From Chiloscyllium plagiosum (lineage: Eukaryota), in the NCBI RefSeq assembly GCF_004010195.1, contig NC_057718.1, positions 35,732,235 through 35,796,234 of the forward strand: a DNA stretch of 64,000 nt, in the 5' to 3' direction. The position numbers and the translations under genes were made by a program. This document shows positions 1-13,040 of this stretch, piece by piece. How positions within the stretch are numbered: the stretch's first letter is position 1; every line of letters begins with the position of its first letter. A model generated the notes under the pieces. It saw nothing but the letters and a program-made list of their open reading frames with translations. It did no database searches and had not been told where the DNA came from.

Positions 1-2070
1 GAAAAGCCTCAACTGAACTTCATAAGACATGCCCTCCAGTCCAGGGGGCATGCTGGTAAATATCCTCTGCACCCTCTCTGAAGTTTCCATATCCTTCCTA
101 TAGTGAGGCAAACAGAACTGAATACAATATTCCAAGTGTGGTCTAACCAGGTCTCCACAACACTGCAGCATAACCTTGCGGCTCTTAAACTCAATCCTCT
201 GCTAATGAAAACCAACACACTATATGCCTTCTTAACAACCCTATCAACTTGGGTCTCAAGTTTGAGGGATCTGTGGACATGGACCCCAAGATCCCTCTGT
301 TCCTCCACTCTGCCATTTATCCTACCTTTAACCCTGTATTCTGCAATCAGATTCGACCCTCCGAAATGAATCACTTCACACTTTTCTAGATTGAGCTCCA
401 TCTACCACTTATTGGCCCAGTTCTGTATCTTGTCAATGTCCCGTTGCAACCTACAATAGCCCTCCACACTATCCACTACTCCACCAACTTTCGTGTCATC
501 TGCAAACTTACTAACAGAGTCTTCCACTTGCTAATCCAGGTCATTTATAAAAATCACAAACAGCAGAGGTCCTAGAAGAGATCCCTGCGGAACATCACTG
601 GTCACTGAGATCCAGGCTGAATACTTTCTATCTACTACCACCCTCTGTCCTCTATGGGACAGTCAATTCTGTATCCAGATAGCCAGATTTCCCTGTATCC
701 CATGCTTCCTTACCTTCTGACTGAGCCTACCGTGTGGAACCATATCAAACACCTTGCTAAAATCCATGTAGACTGCTATACCTTCATCAATGTGTTTTGT
801 CACATCTTCAAAGAATTCAATAAGGTTTGAGAGGCATGACCTGCCCCTCACAAAGCCATGCTGATTATCTCTAATCAAGCCATGGTTTTCCAAGTGATCA
901 TAAATCCTGTCTCTCAAAATCCTCCCCAATAATTTGCCCATCACTGACGTAAAACTGACTGGTTTATAATTCCCAAGATTATCCCTATTCCCTTTGTTGA
1001 ACATAGGAATAACATGTGCCACCCTTCAATCATCTGGCACCACTTCAGTAGACAGGGAGGTCTCAAAGATCATCACTAATGGCTTATCAATCTTCCCTCA
1101 CTTCCTGTAGTAACCTTGAGTATATCCTGTCTGGCCCAGGTGACTTATTTATTCTCATGATTTTCAAAAGTTGCAGTACATCCTCGTTCTTAAAATCAAC
1201 CTATTCCAGCATATCAGCCTGTTTCATGTTGTCCTCACAAACATAAAGGTCTCTCTCAGTAGTGAATACTGAAGCAAAGTGTTCATCAAGGACCTACCCT
1301 ATCTCCTCTGACTCTAGGCACACGTTCCCTCCACTATGCCTGATCGGCCTCTGGCCATCTTCTTGTTCCTCACAGAAGTAGGATGCATTTGGGTTTTCCT
1401 TAACCCTATATGCTAAAGCTTTTTCATGCCACTTTCGAGCTTTCCTTAGTCCATTCTTCAGTTCCTTCCTGGCTACCTTCTAACCCTGTCTGATCCATAT
1501 CTCTTCAACCTTAAGTAAGCTTCTTTGTAACTCTTGACTAGAGAGTTCACATCCATTGTCACCCAAACTTCCTTCACCCTACCATCCCTTCCTTGCCTCA
1601 GTGGGACAAACCTATCCAGCACCATCAGCAAGTGCTCCCCAAACAACCTCCACATTTCTGCCGTGCATTTCTGAGAGCATTTGTTCCCAATTTAGGCACC
1701 CAAATTCCTGCCTAATAGCATTTTAGTTCCCCCTCCCCCAATTAAATAATACATCCTATCCCTCTCCATGACTATATCAAAGGTCAGGAAATTGTGATCA
1801 CTGTGACCAAAATGCTCTCCCACCAAGAGATCAGACACCTGGCCTGGTTCATTGCCAAACACCAAATCCAATATGGCCTTCCCACTAGTCGGCCTATCTA
1901 CATATTGAGTCAGGAGCTGTTCCTGACTCAATACGTAGATAGGCCAGCTAGTGGGAAATTAAAGTCACCCATGACAACAATCCTATTACTTCTGTGCCTT
2001 TCCAAAATCTGCTCCTCAGTGTCTCTGTAGTTACTGAAGAGTCTGTAGAAAACTCTCAATAAAGTGACTG
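1..2070 (-). mobile_element. Degenerate CR1 LINE ORF2 (endonuclease/RT fragments)
   Basis: ORF fragments NYKPVSFTS..QHGFVRGRSCLSNL..YMDFSKVFD and KCEVIHFG..QRDLGVHVH, broken by stops and frameshifts. Confidence 0.9.
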
Positions 2071-2075
2071 CTCCT

Positions 2076-4105
2076 TGGAGCAAATAATGAGAATAAGGCA
2101 AGTAATGTTAAAAGCACAAACCTTAAGGCTTTGTGCCTCAATGCACAGGGAATTTGCAAAAACATTGAATTAATCGTGTAACTGGATGAAAACAAGTTTG
2201 ATATGGCTGGGATTGGTGAGACATGGCTGCAGGGTGACCAGGGATGAGAATTGAATGTCCAGGAGTATTCAGTATTTAGGAAAGACAGAGAAAAAGGAAA
2301 AGGTGGTGATAGAGTTGCATTGCTGTTCAAAGAGGAAATCAATGCAACAGTGAGGAAGAATATTTATTCCGATGAAGTGAAATGTATATGGGTAGAGCTG
2401 AGAAACGCTAACGAGAATAAAACATTAGTGTAGAAGGTTGTAAACAGACAACCAAACTGTAGAGGTCATGTTTGGAATGACATTCAATGGAAATTAGAGA
2501 TGCATTCAATAAAGGAACATTTTTAATTATGAGTGACTTCAATATTCATGTATATTGGGCAAATAAAATTAGTAACAATACCGCGGAGCAAGAATTCCTG
2601 GAGCATATACAGGTTAACCTTCTGGGCCAATACACTGAGAAGCCAATGCGAGCACAGGCCTTTGAGCGAGGCTCCATGGGATGGGCATCTATAATGAAAG
2701 CATTCCTCATCAAGATGGAGACTGACGTAGTGGATTCGGAGACGAGGATGGTGAATCTACATAGAAGAAACAATGACGGTATGAGGTACAACTTCACTAT
2801 GATAGATTGGGGAATACTACCTGAAAAGATGACCATGGAAAGGCAATGGCAGTCATTCAAACAGCATATGGGTGAACTGCAACAATTCCATCTGGCACAA
2901 AAGTTTAAAAAAAAGGGAAAAGCAGTCAAATCATGACTTACAAGGGAAATTTAAAAAAACATCAGATCCAAGAAAGGGATATACAATTGGCCAGAAAAAA
3001 TAACAGACTTGAGGAGTGGGAGCAGTTTAGAATTCAGCAAAGTAGGATAAAGTGATTGATTAAGAAAGACAAAATAAGAGTTTGAGAGTAGGCTAGTGGA
3101 GATTGTAAAAACTGACTGTAAACATTTCTATAGCTATATGAAGAGAAAATGATTGAAGACAAATACAAGTCCCTTACAGTCAGAAACAGGAGAATTTATA
3201 TAGTTTGGTTCTGAGCTTACAAATGAGGTGACAAATACCATTCTGGAATTGTTGGGGAACACAGGGTTTAGTAAAGGGTGGAACTGAAGGAAACCAGCAT
3301 TGGTAGGGAAATGGTTTTGTTATACTGACTTTCATAGTGGGAAAATTCAAATGCAGATACAAGGATGTCTTAATGCAATTATACAGGGCCTTGGTGAGAC
3401 CACACCTGAAATATTATGTGCAATTGTGGTCTCCTTATCAGAGGGAGAATGTTCTTGCTGTACAGCGACTGCAGTAAAGGTTTACCAAACTGATTTCTTC
3501 TAGATGGAGGGTGGTTCGCGTGTGGAATAAACTTCCCAAGGTAGTGGTGGATGTGGGCACAGTTACAACTTTTAAAAGACACTTTGATTAGTTCACGAAT
3601 AGGAAAGGTTTGGAGGGATATGGGCTAGGAGCAGGCAGGTAGGACTGATTTAGTTTGGGATCATGTTCGACATGGATTGGTTGGACCAAATTGTCTGTTT
3701 CTATGCTGTATGACTCATTCATTGGAGTTCAGAGGAATGATGGGGAATCTCACAAACCTATAAAATTCTATCAGGATTAGACAGGATAGAATAGGAAGGA
3801 TGTTCCTGAAGGTGAGGGATGTCCAGAACCAGGAACCAAGGATATGGGATAAATTATTTAGGACTGAAATGAGAAGAAATTTCTTCACCTAGAGCACAGT
3901 AAGCCTGTGGAATTCAGTCGAGGTTAAAACACTATGATTTCAAGGAGGAGTTGGATATAGTGCTTGGGGCTAAAGGGATCACAGGAAATGTGGGAAACAC
4001 AGGAACAGGCTATTGAGTTGGGTGATCAGCTGTGATCATAATGAATGGTACAGCAGACACAAAGAACCAAATGGCCTATTCCTGCTCCTATTATTCTATG
4101 TTTCT
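2076..4105 (+). mobile_element. Degenerate CR1 LINE (APE to 3' tail) with a second CR1 3' end inserted at about 3505-3715
   Basis: GIGETWL, RKDREKGKGGDRVALL and MSDFN endonuclease motifs. Ends in ...gctcctattattctatgtttct. Confidence 0.8.
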
Positions 4106-5089
4106 CAATGGGACTGTGTCCAAATTGCCATGTGTTGATGATATCTAAGCAGAATCAAGAGTTCCAAAAAGGGATGATTTTAAAATGAAGAACGTAGAAC
4201 ATATCAAAAAGGAGTACAAAGAGATATGAAAGAATAGAGCGCAAAAACCAGTGGGCACATAGAGTCGCATCACATGACATCAAGAAAAAATATCTTGCAA
4301 GTAACAAATAGAAAAACTCAAAAATCAAGAGGGAAAGCAAAGTAATAAATTCTGGGAAGTTTCTATATTTTGGAAAGAGTAAAGTTGGCTCAAAATGAAA
4401 TGTAAACAATACAGTCCAAAACCAATGAGATGGTACTCATAAATATGTGCAGGCACTTTCAGAAAAATAAGGGTGATGGGAGCACTTAAACTAGGTTAGG
4501 AGGCACGCTGAGGCAGGAATTAAGAATCATATAAATGTGTTGGGTGAGCAAGAAAGACAGGAGGAAACCCTGCATTAACAGTTAATTGGTTCATAAATTC
4601 TACTAACTAACAGGAACAAGTGATTCCCCCAAAGGGCAAAAAGCCAATGTTCAGCCCAATATTCACTCCTATTATATCCAAAGCTACGCCATTTATTTGC
4701 ATAAGCTGCTTCACCAATTTTCAATCAAGATAGATAAATGCTCTTGACTGTTTGACTATTAACTATCTATACAGAATTTGGCCCTACTATTCTCAGTGGT
4801 GACAAATAATAAGATAACAATCTGAGTCTCTGCCACAGAAAATGGCCCAAAACCAAAACAGGCTCTTTCAGTCAAAAAGAAATCTCGATTCAAGGCCATG
4901 GAGTGTAAGAACTGTCAGGAAAATAATCAAGACAGCTGAACACAGATTGTAGGCAGGATAGAATATTAAGCCAAGTCTTCAATTTAGTTAGACAGTATGG
5001 AGGATGAATATTTTTTAAAAATCCATGACCTAGGTAATGAAGATCTCATTAAATTACAATTGTTTACATTTTCAAAAGCCAGGAAAAAA

Positions 5090-5557
5090 AAGATTTACGA
5101 GGATATTGCCAGGACTAGTGGGTCTGAGTTTTAGGGAGAGGTTGGCCAGGATAGGACTTTATTCCTTGGAACATAGGAGAATGAGGGTGACCTTATTGAG
5201 GTGTATAAAATCATGAGGGGCATAAATAGGGTGAATACATATAGTCTTTATCCTAGGGATGGGAATTAAAACTGGAGGGCACAGGTTTAAGGTGGAGGGG
5301 AAAGATTCAAAAAAGACCTGAGGGGCGATGTCTTCGCGCAACGTGGTGTGTATATGGAATGAGCTGCCACAGAAAGTAGTTGAGGCAGGTACAATAGCAA
5401 TATTTAAAAAAAACATTTGGATAGGTACATGGATGGGAAGGGTTTAAAGGGATATGGGCCAAATGCAGGCAATTGGAAGTAGCTGTGGGCACCATGGTCA
5501 GCATGGATTAGTTTGAGTTGAAGGGCCTGTTTGCAAGCTGTATGACTCTATGACTCT
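5090..5557 (+). mobile_element. CR1 3' fragment
   Basis: RGDLIEVYKIM-type coding remnant ending in a tatgactctatgactcta tail. Confidence 0.85.
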
Positions 5558-6133
5558 AAAAGAACAGACCAATGTCTTTGCATTAGAAGAACCAGCAATC
5601 TTCATTATGCCTGGTAGAAGGATGAACTGAATGTGAGCATGTGTCCACAGAAAGAACAAAGAACTACAGCAACTGGCTACCTCTGTCTCCATCCCACTCC
5701 CACAGTGCTAAATTCCCTAGGCATTTAACAACTAGATCAAAGAGATGACAATACATTAAACCAGCATCTCTTAACCTTTGCAGATTAATACTTCCTGAGG
5801 TTTAAATAATCACAAGGTTCATTGAAATAACAAATGTACCTTCTATAACAAAGGCAACATATCAGCTGATGGAAGAATTATCGATGTTTCTCCTACCAAG
5901 CCCAACTGAGTGCAAATATGACGCCTATCTCCGTCAAACATGAGCCAAAGTTAGCATCCAACCCTTTAACCAGCAGAGTTGCATCAAAGGTGTAGATGAG
6001 AACCAGCAGAGAATAGAGGGATACGTCTCATGTTCAAGTATTAGTTTAGACAGGATTATGGTCAGCACAGATATGAAGAACCAAACGGCCTGTTCTCGTG
6101 CTATTCTGTTTTATGACTGACTAGTATGCAAGC

Positions 6134-6471
6134 TAGATTAGATTCTCTACAGTATGGAAACAGGCCTTTCGGCCTAACAAGTCCACACCAACCCTCCGAA
6201 GAGTAACCCACCCAGACCCAATCCCCTATCCTATATTTACTCCTGACTAATGCACCTAACACTATAGCAATAGCAATATTGAGCATGGCCAATTCACCTA
6301 ACCTGCACATCTTTTGGATTGAGAGAGGAAACTGGAGCACCCGGAGGAAACCCTCCCAGACATGGAGAGAATGTGCAAACTCGATACAGACAGTCGTCCA
6401 AGGCTGGAATTGAACCCGGGTCCGAGGCGCTCTGAGGCTGCAGTGCTAACCACTGAGCCACCATGTCGCCC
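6134..6471 (-). mobile_element. HE1-type tRNA-derived SINE
   Basis: Minus strand starts gggcgacatggtggctcagtggttagcactg (A box), has gggttcaattcc (B box) and ends in a CR1-like tail with (aatct)n. Confidence 0.85.
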
Positions 6472-7113
6472 AGTGAACTATTAACTAATGTTTACACAGA
6501 TCAGGGGGAAAAAACACAATACCTAAAAGCAGTGACAAACTACAATGAACCTCTGAATCATCACCTCTACAATCTCAACTAGCAGGTACTGACTGAGTAA
6601 CACAATTTAAATATGGTAACTGAATGAACATAACAAGAGTAGGTTATTCAAACACCCACCCTGCCAAAGCCTATTCTGGTTGCTTCATATCTCAATTCCA
6701 TTTTGAAAATTTGTACAGGTCCTAGCATTCACATAAATTTGAGTAAGATAGTCCCATACCTACTTCTTGTGAAAACTATTTCTCCACTTTACGCCAATTA
6801 ACTTCATTCTGAACATAAATTTACAACGCCTTGGTCTGGATTTATTTTTTGAATGTCAGCTAAAGATAAATACTTGTGAACTCATTTAATTATTTCAATA
6901 CTTGAAATGGTGACAGCATTACTGAGGCATTCCAAGTTGTTTCCAACAATGAAATGCATAATGCTGTATGTCAAAGGTATGTACATACATGGAATGGGAA
7001 GTGATGATGTTGACACTTACACTGGATTAATAAATAATTTGAACTGTTATTTTTCAATGTACGGTTATCTGAAAATCCTTTGCCAGTCTCTAGGAAAACT
7101 GCATTGAACTTAC

Positions 7114-7213
7114 CAGAGTAATGTCCCTTGAAGCAGCTGCAGCACTCATGTGTAAACTCGGTTGTCTGACAGAACTGCTACAATCCAGAGCTCGAGCAAA
7201 TGTACCCACAGCA
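7114..7213 (-). CDS. MTA3: MTA3-like coding exon, ELM2 domain
   Basis: 100 nt, acceptor tcttttctctgtcag|T and donor CTG|gtaagt. Encodes (R)[33 protein letters not shown]. Phase 2 in / phase 0 out. Confidence 0.93.
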
Positions 7214-8021
7214 CTGACAGAGAAAAGAGATAAGGGAATGATCAAAGAGTTTTCGGTTTGATTACCCTGGAGGGCTTATGCAAACTCTTGTTGGTAGACA
7301 ATCAAATATGAGATATGCTTTTCCTTTTGATTTCTAGAGTCTACAGTATTGTGCTTTTCATACTGATATTTTACTTTGCTTTTTTGAGTGGATTTGCTGC
7401 ACAAACACATGCAACTTATTCCACGCCAAACAATTTCAAGGCCACATAGGTAGCATTCATGTTCCTGGTTATTTAGTTTGGAGCTGGGGCAGAGATAGAA
7501 AATGTTTCTGCAGAAGCCAAAGTATAAATTTAGCTATTTTTACATTTCAATTTGAAAGTTAAAATAAAAATACTTGGGATTGGAGTTTGGAAACTATTGC
7601 AATAACTTCACATCAAAGTTCAACTGAAGTATTTTCTGTAAACATAATGCACAGGTGAAATAAATGCATTTTTTATCACACTGCTGAAGGACAAGAGGGT
7701 CACTTTGTAAGTATTTGACGATGCAGGACATATGGCACAGAAGCAGCTATTCTACCAACCAGTCAATGTCTGTGTTTATGCACCAGTGAAGCCACTAATT
7801 TGAGGTGAATTTCCTCTCAACTGTTAAGATATGCTGTCTTTATATTATAAATTTGTTTTTGTGGAACATTATTTTGCATAGAGAATGAACAAATGAACAG
7901 TGAAGAACTGAACAAAATACTGTCACCAATTTGATTATTTGGTGTTGACGGTTGTCAATTGTCTATATTTTAATAACTATGCAAATAATTTTATAGAACA
8001 AAGTGCTAATTGGGAAGTGAG

Positions 8022-8235
8022 ATGATTTGAACCAATCAAAAAATTGCATACTGTATAAACAGTTCAAAAACTTTGCTATGCCAGAAGATCATTTCCCACG
8101 TCCATTTACCTGAATGCTCGTAGCATACATAACAAAGCCGATGAACTAATATGATTTGAACCAATCAAAAAATTGCATACTGTATAAACAGTTCAAAAAC
8201 TTTGCTATGCCAGAAGATCATTTCCCACGTCCATT
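8022..8235. repeat. Perfect 85-bp direct repeat flanking a 44-bp insert
   Basis: 8022-8106 is identical to 8151-8235. The insert is 8107-8150. Confidence 0.95.
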
Positions 8236-8267
8236 AAGCACACCAGATAGGAGGTATTGAAACAATT

Positions 8268-8420
8268 GAGAAAGTGAGGTCTGCAGAAGCTGGAGATCAG
8301 AGTCAAAAATGTGTTGCTGGAAAAGCACAGCAGAGCCTGATGAAGGGCTCTGGCCTGAAACGTCGATTCGCCTGCTCCTCGGATGCTGCCTGACGTGCTT
8401 TGCTTTTCCAGGAACACACT
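8268..8420. mobile_element. Short Penelope-like terminal repeat (family A) with hammerhead-like core on + at 8337-8364
   Basis: gagaaagtgagg.ctgcaga... start. Core CTGATGA-A-GGGC-tctg-GCCT-GAAA-CGTC. Confidence 0.7.
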
Positions 8421-8995
8421 CCCAGTTCTTAAACTATGTAACCTATACGTGTAGCATTTTCAACAATTTTGATGACCACTCCAAGTTTTAAAATTGTCAG
8501 CGATGTTGGGTTGATTTAAAAGGAGCTGATCAAAACTATTAAAATGTCAAAACACCACCCAGTATGATGTAATAATTCAGAACATAAGTTCTTAACTACA
8601 GCTATTGGGTTTAACTGGAGGTTGAACTTGGAGTATCACAATTAATGTCAATACCTGTAGGTTTCATTAAAATTCATACTCCTGGTGATACCTGCCAAAA
8701 TGTGTACGTGCAGGTAATAGTAAGCATAATATCTGATGTGCTTTTGTTTTTGTACACGTTAGCACATCTGGCATATATCACAGATTTCAAACTGACTCAT
8801 AACTAGAACTTTATTAATTACATACACTCATATGATGTCTCAGATTTACATAGTCTGGGTTATATGCTTAGATAATAAAGTACATAAATAGATGAGTGAT
8901 TGATTAACAGACTGAATAGCATACTGGCTGCTTGTTAAACAACTCACAAGCGCTGTATAGAGAATAAGTAAGAGAGCTTATACCAGAATGCCACA

Positions 8996-10208
8996 TAGAG
9001 TCATAGAGATGTACAGCATAGAAACAGACCCTTCAGTCCAACCCGTTCATGCCGACCAGATATCCCAACCCAATCTAGTCCCACCTGCCAGCGCCCAGCC
9101 CATATCCCTCCAAACCCTTCCTATTCATATACCCATCCAAATGCCTCTTAAATGTTGCAATTGTACCAGCCCCNNNNNNNNNNNNNNNNNNNNNNNNNNN
9201 NNNNNNNNNNNNNNNNNNNNNNNNNNNNNNNNNNNNNNNNNNNNNNNNNNNNNNNNNNNNNNNNNNNNNNNNNNNNNNNNNNNNNNNNNNNNNNNNNNNN
9301 NNNNNNNNNNNNNNNNNNNNNNNNNNNNNNNNNNNNNNNNNNNNNNNNNNNNNNNNNNNNNNNNNNNNNNNNNNNNNNNNNNNNNNNNNNNNNNNNNNNN
9401 NNNNNNNNNNNNNNNNNNNNNNNNNNNNNNNNNNNNNNNNNNNNNNNNNNNNNNNNNNNNNNNNNNNNNNNNNNNNNNNNNNNNNNNNNNNNNNNNNNNN
9501 NNNNNNNNNNNNNNNNNNNNNNNNNNNNNNNNNNNNNNNNNNNNNNNNNNNNNNNNNNNNNNNNNNNNNNNNNNNNNNNNNNNNNNNNNNNNNNNNNNNN
9601 NNNNNNNNNNNNNNNNNNNNNNNNNNNNNNNNNNNNNNNNNNNNNNNNNNNNNNNNNNNNNNNNNNNNNNNNNNNNNNNNNNNNNNNNNNNNNNNNNNNN
9701 NNNNNNNNNNNNNNNNNNNNNNNNNNNNNNNNNNNNNNNNNNNNNNNNNNNNNNNNNNNNNNNNNNNNNNNNNNNNNNNNNNNNGCACTCCACTGGTCAC
9801 AGGCCTCCAGTCTGAAAAACAACCCTCCACCACCACCCTCTGTGTTCTACCTTTCAGCCAGTTCTGTATCCAAATGACTACATGCCCCTGTATTCCATGA
9901 GATCCCACCTTGCTAATCAGTCTCCCATGGGGAACCTTGTCGAATGCCTTACTGAAGTCCATATAGATCACATCTACTGCTCTGCCCTCATCAATCTTCT
10001 TTGTTACTTCTTCAAAAAACTCAATCAAGTTTGTGAGACATGATTTCCCACGCACAAACCCAAGTTGACTATCCCTAATCAGTCCTTGCCTTTCCAAATA
10101 CAGGTACATCCTGTCCCTCAGGATTCCCTCCAACAACTTGCCCACCACCGGGGTCAGGCTCACCGGTCTATAGTTCCCCGGCTTGTCTTTACCGCCCTTC
10201 TTAAACAA
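8996..10208 (-). mobile_element. Young 5'-truncated CR1 LINE spanning the assembly gap
   Basis: PGNYRPVSLT..SCLTNLIEFFEEVT..YMDFSKAFDKVPH on one side of the gap and a 3' tail ctctatgactct on the other. Confidence 0.9.
9174..9784. other. Assembly gap (611 N)
   Basis: Run of N bases. Confidence 1.
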
Positions 10209-11184
10209 TATTGCAATGTCATCTAACTGTCTTAAAGGTATAGCACCTTCCTAAAATCTGTGCAATAATACAACAGTATCAATCTTGGCTTTGAAAGCTT
10301 CTTTCTCCACAGTCAGAAATCCTTCCAACACTCTCCTTCAAATGTTTGTGCACAAAGTGGTGAAGCTAGTTGGCCCTTGTAGCTTAACCTTTCATAGAAA
10401 CTTAGGCTATTTTCCTCCAAAGCTCACATGTGAAAAATGGCCACTTGGACAAATACTACAGGCTTATTATGCCTGTGAAACCATATTCCAAAGAGACATC
10501 AACTGCAGGAGGAAGAAATACAGTTGAAAAATGATAACACAAGGTGTTTACGTAATTTATATTTCAATGAGACTAGATCTTTATTCATAAAAGTTAATTG
10601 CAAAATCTTTTATGGAACACTTCAAACACAATAAAGTTACATATAGGATCATAGTTCTTAAATTTGTCATTCACAAAATTATCTTTTTGTTTAAAAAGTA
10701 CATTTTTAAGTCTGTTACAGAAATATTACTGCACTACTAACTATGCAATTGAAATTAGTAAAACGTCTTGGCTTCACAGTACCCGAGACCGAAATTTTTA
10801 AAGTGTTTTTTTTGTGGAATGAAGAATAGCAAGTGTGATAACCATAATTAATGCTGACCCTTGTTTAAAGAAATAATACAAATGCTGCAATAGAAAATAC
10901 ATGTATGAGTTTCTCTTAAGCCAAAACTCAAAATTTCACTTCCTTAAGTACAGATGAATTGGTCACTTACATTAAGTGTTTGGAGCATTTTAGAAGTGTG
11001 CCTATGTTGCCCCATGAGATTTAACAATTAGAACTCCTTCGTGATCTGAAATGTTCATGAAATAACATCAGCGCAAGCTAACAGAATGTCTTCTACTGCC
11101 CAGGGTTAAGAGTAAACTACTTATTAAATATTTTTGGGATTACAATAATGCTCCTCCAAATGGCTAAACTAAGCTTTAGCTTTT

Positions 11185-11405
11185 ACCGGCCACTGCAGCG
11201 GACACCTGGAACTGACAACTGGAAACAGCAGAGACAAACCACTATAAATGCCGGAGGAAACATCACAGAAGCGCTTCACAGGAGGCTCCCAAGCACTGAG
11301 GATGTCACCTAGACAGGGGACGAAACGTCTGCAACACAAATTCCCAGCTCAGCGAACAGAACCACAACAACGAGCACCCGAGCTACAAATCTTCTCACAA
11401 ACATT
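11185..11405 (+). mobile_element. Penelope-like terminal repeat (family D)
   Basis: GC-richer island with TATAAA upstream of an intact hammerhead core. Confidence 0.65.
11293..11332 (+). ncRNA. Minimal type I hammerhead ribozyme motif
   Basis: GCA-CTGAGGA-T-GTCACCT-agac-AGGGGAC-GAAA-CGTC-TGC. Stem I is GCA/TGC, stem II has 6 of 7 pairs, stem III is the palindromic ACGT, and GUC is the predicted cleavage triplet. Confidence 0.75.
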
Positions 11406-12261
11406 AAAAAACCTCTCAGCTGTAAAATAATTACAGCTCAAAAGTAAAATTTCTACGATTGATTGGACAATATAAAACATTCCACAGTAGAAAGAAGCCA
11501 GTCATTCTGTCATCTCTCTTCCAGTTCTTTGAAAGCTCCATTCAATTAATCTCCTGCACCCTTCTTTATCATAGGCCTGAATTCTTTTATTTAAATAATT
11601 ATCCAATTGTAGAACTGAGTTATTTTTCAATGATTAATAATTCTAACTTGTCAAGCAGGTTTCAAACTAAATTATAGTTCGTTTAATTGGGATTAGTAGC
11701 AAAACAATTTCTGCAAGAAGAAAGCCATATGGTCATGGTAAAAAGGAAATTTAAGGATTTTGCCTGTTTTTATGAATCTGGTTAGCGCAAACTTAAGCTA
11801 ACACATGGCAATGCTTTGAGATAACACTTTCCATTCAGCGCTGGTGTCTGATTTAGTTTTGCTACTTAAAGACTGTAACAGACCTATGGATATATGTGTA
11901 TGTATATATAGACTCTTGTAGTCTTGCAGTTGTTTTAACCATTTTAGATGCATCAATTGGGACATCCAGGTTTATAGTTAATCAGTGGGAAATGTTACAA
12001 TATATACCAGGCAGACATATTTATGGCCTCATCTTGGTAAAGATCTATGAAGATGGTAAACTAAAAGAGACAGCTGTTACAAAAGTGAAGGTCTTATGTG
12101 ACATGCACCTCAAAGAATGAATCAGGAGACAACATGAAGTGATGATACTAAAATGACCATTACTTTTAAAGAAAACATGTAAACATCAGTCAATAAGAGA
12201 AGAGATCTCTCCCCAGTGAACTAGCATTCCAAAGTGAATCATGTTTGCTCAGTATTATTTT

Positions 12262-13040
12262 TCTTTTTTGTGTTGTCACGTGTAGTTTATAGTAAGATAA
12301 AACAAATTACAGCAAAAATCTTTTCATTTGTCACCACAAAATGGTGCCATTTTGAATAGTTTATGAAAAAGGAAAACATACAAAGATATAGCTCGAAGAG
12401 AGTCCATCAGTCCTGAGCCAGCTCATCACCGTCACCCTGCGTCACCATCCCTCCATCACTGTCTACACTGGACCAAACCAACATCAAAGTCGCCAATTCT
12501 CAGGTGCCATCTTGGCTGCTGGGCTGATATTCCACCACCACTGCCTTGTTGCTGCCTGTGCTGGACCAGCCAACATCAGACTCGCATCTCTGGCCGCTGG
12601 GCCCACTCATTGATGCTGCCATAATGCTCTTCTACCACTGCCAGCACCAGACCCAACTGATAATGAAGTCACCAATCCTCAGGCGCCATCTTTTGCCACA
12701 TGTCTACTCGCTGACGTCACCTCTGCTTATGTTGCAGCCGCTAATTCCCAGTACAGTGCTTTCTCCAGAAAAGTAAGGGTTCAGTCGCCCCCACACTGGG
12801 CCTGCTCGAGCTCCACGCAGACCTGCACAAGGCTTGCACTACACCACTTGAGGTCTGTGCCCTTGGTCTGCTCGAAGTCTGCGTGTTGGGCTCTCACTGT
12901 TGTCGATGCTGTCCAAGCTCAGCACAAAGTAAGTAAGTGAAAAAAAAGGGGAGGGGGAGGTGGAGCAAAAAAGAAAACGAAAAGCAGTTGGAGCATAAGA
13001 CCTCTGGAAGAGGAGCCCTACTTCGCCATAATCTTGGACC
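12262..13040 (-). mobile_element. Non-autonomous non-LTR element (CAAGA..ATGGCG 5' end, Rex1-like 3' end)
   Basis: Minus strand starts tccaagattatggcgaagtagg, followed by a pyrimidine tract and a GC-rich noncoding body, and ends ...cacgtgacaacacaaa. Same architecture as 53033-53709. Confidence 0.55.

Noticed and set aside
6380..6471. tRNA gene (also at other SINE heads)
   Set aside because: The A and B boxes continue into a SINE body and tail, with no complete cloverleaf.
1..7113. Following MTA3 exon (FHAMDTL..EEWSASE-like)
   Set aside because: Not found by eye. It probably lies left of the window.
8988..10208. Several long ORFs (222-377 aa)
   Set aside because: They are artefacts of translating through 611 Ns. 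The flanks are CR1.
12546..12776. GC-rich ORFs in the 12.3-13.0 kb block
   Set aside because: No recognisable domain or splice context. They lie within a non-autonomous retroelement.
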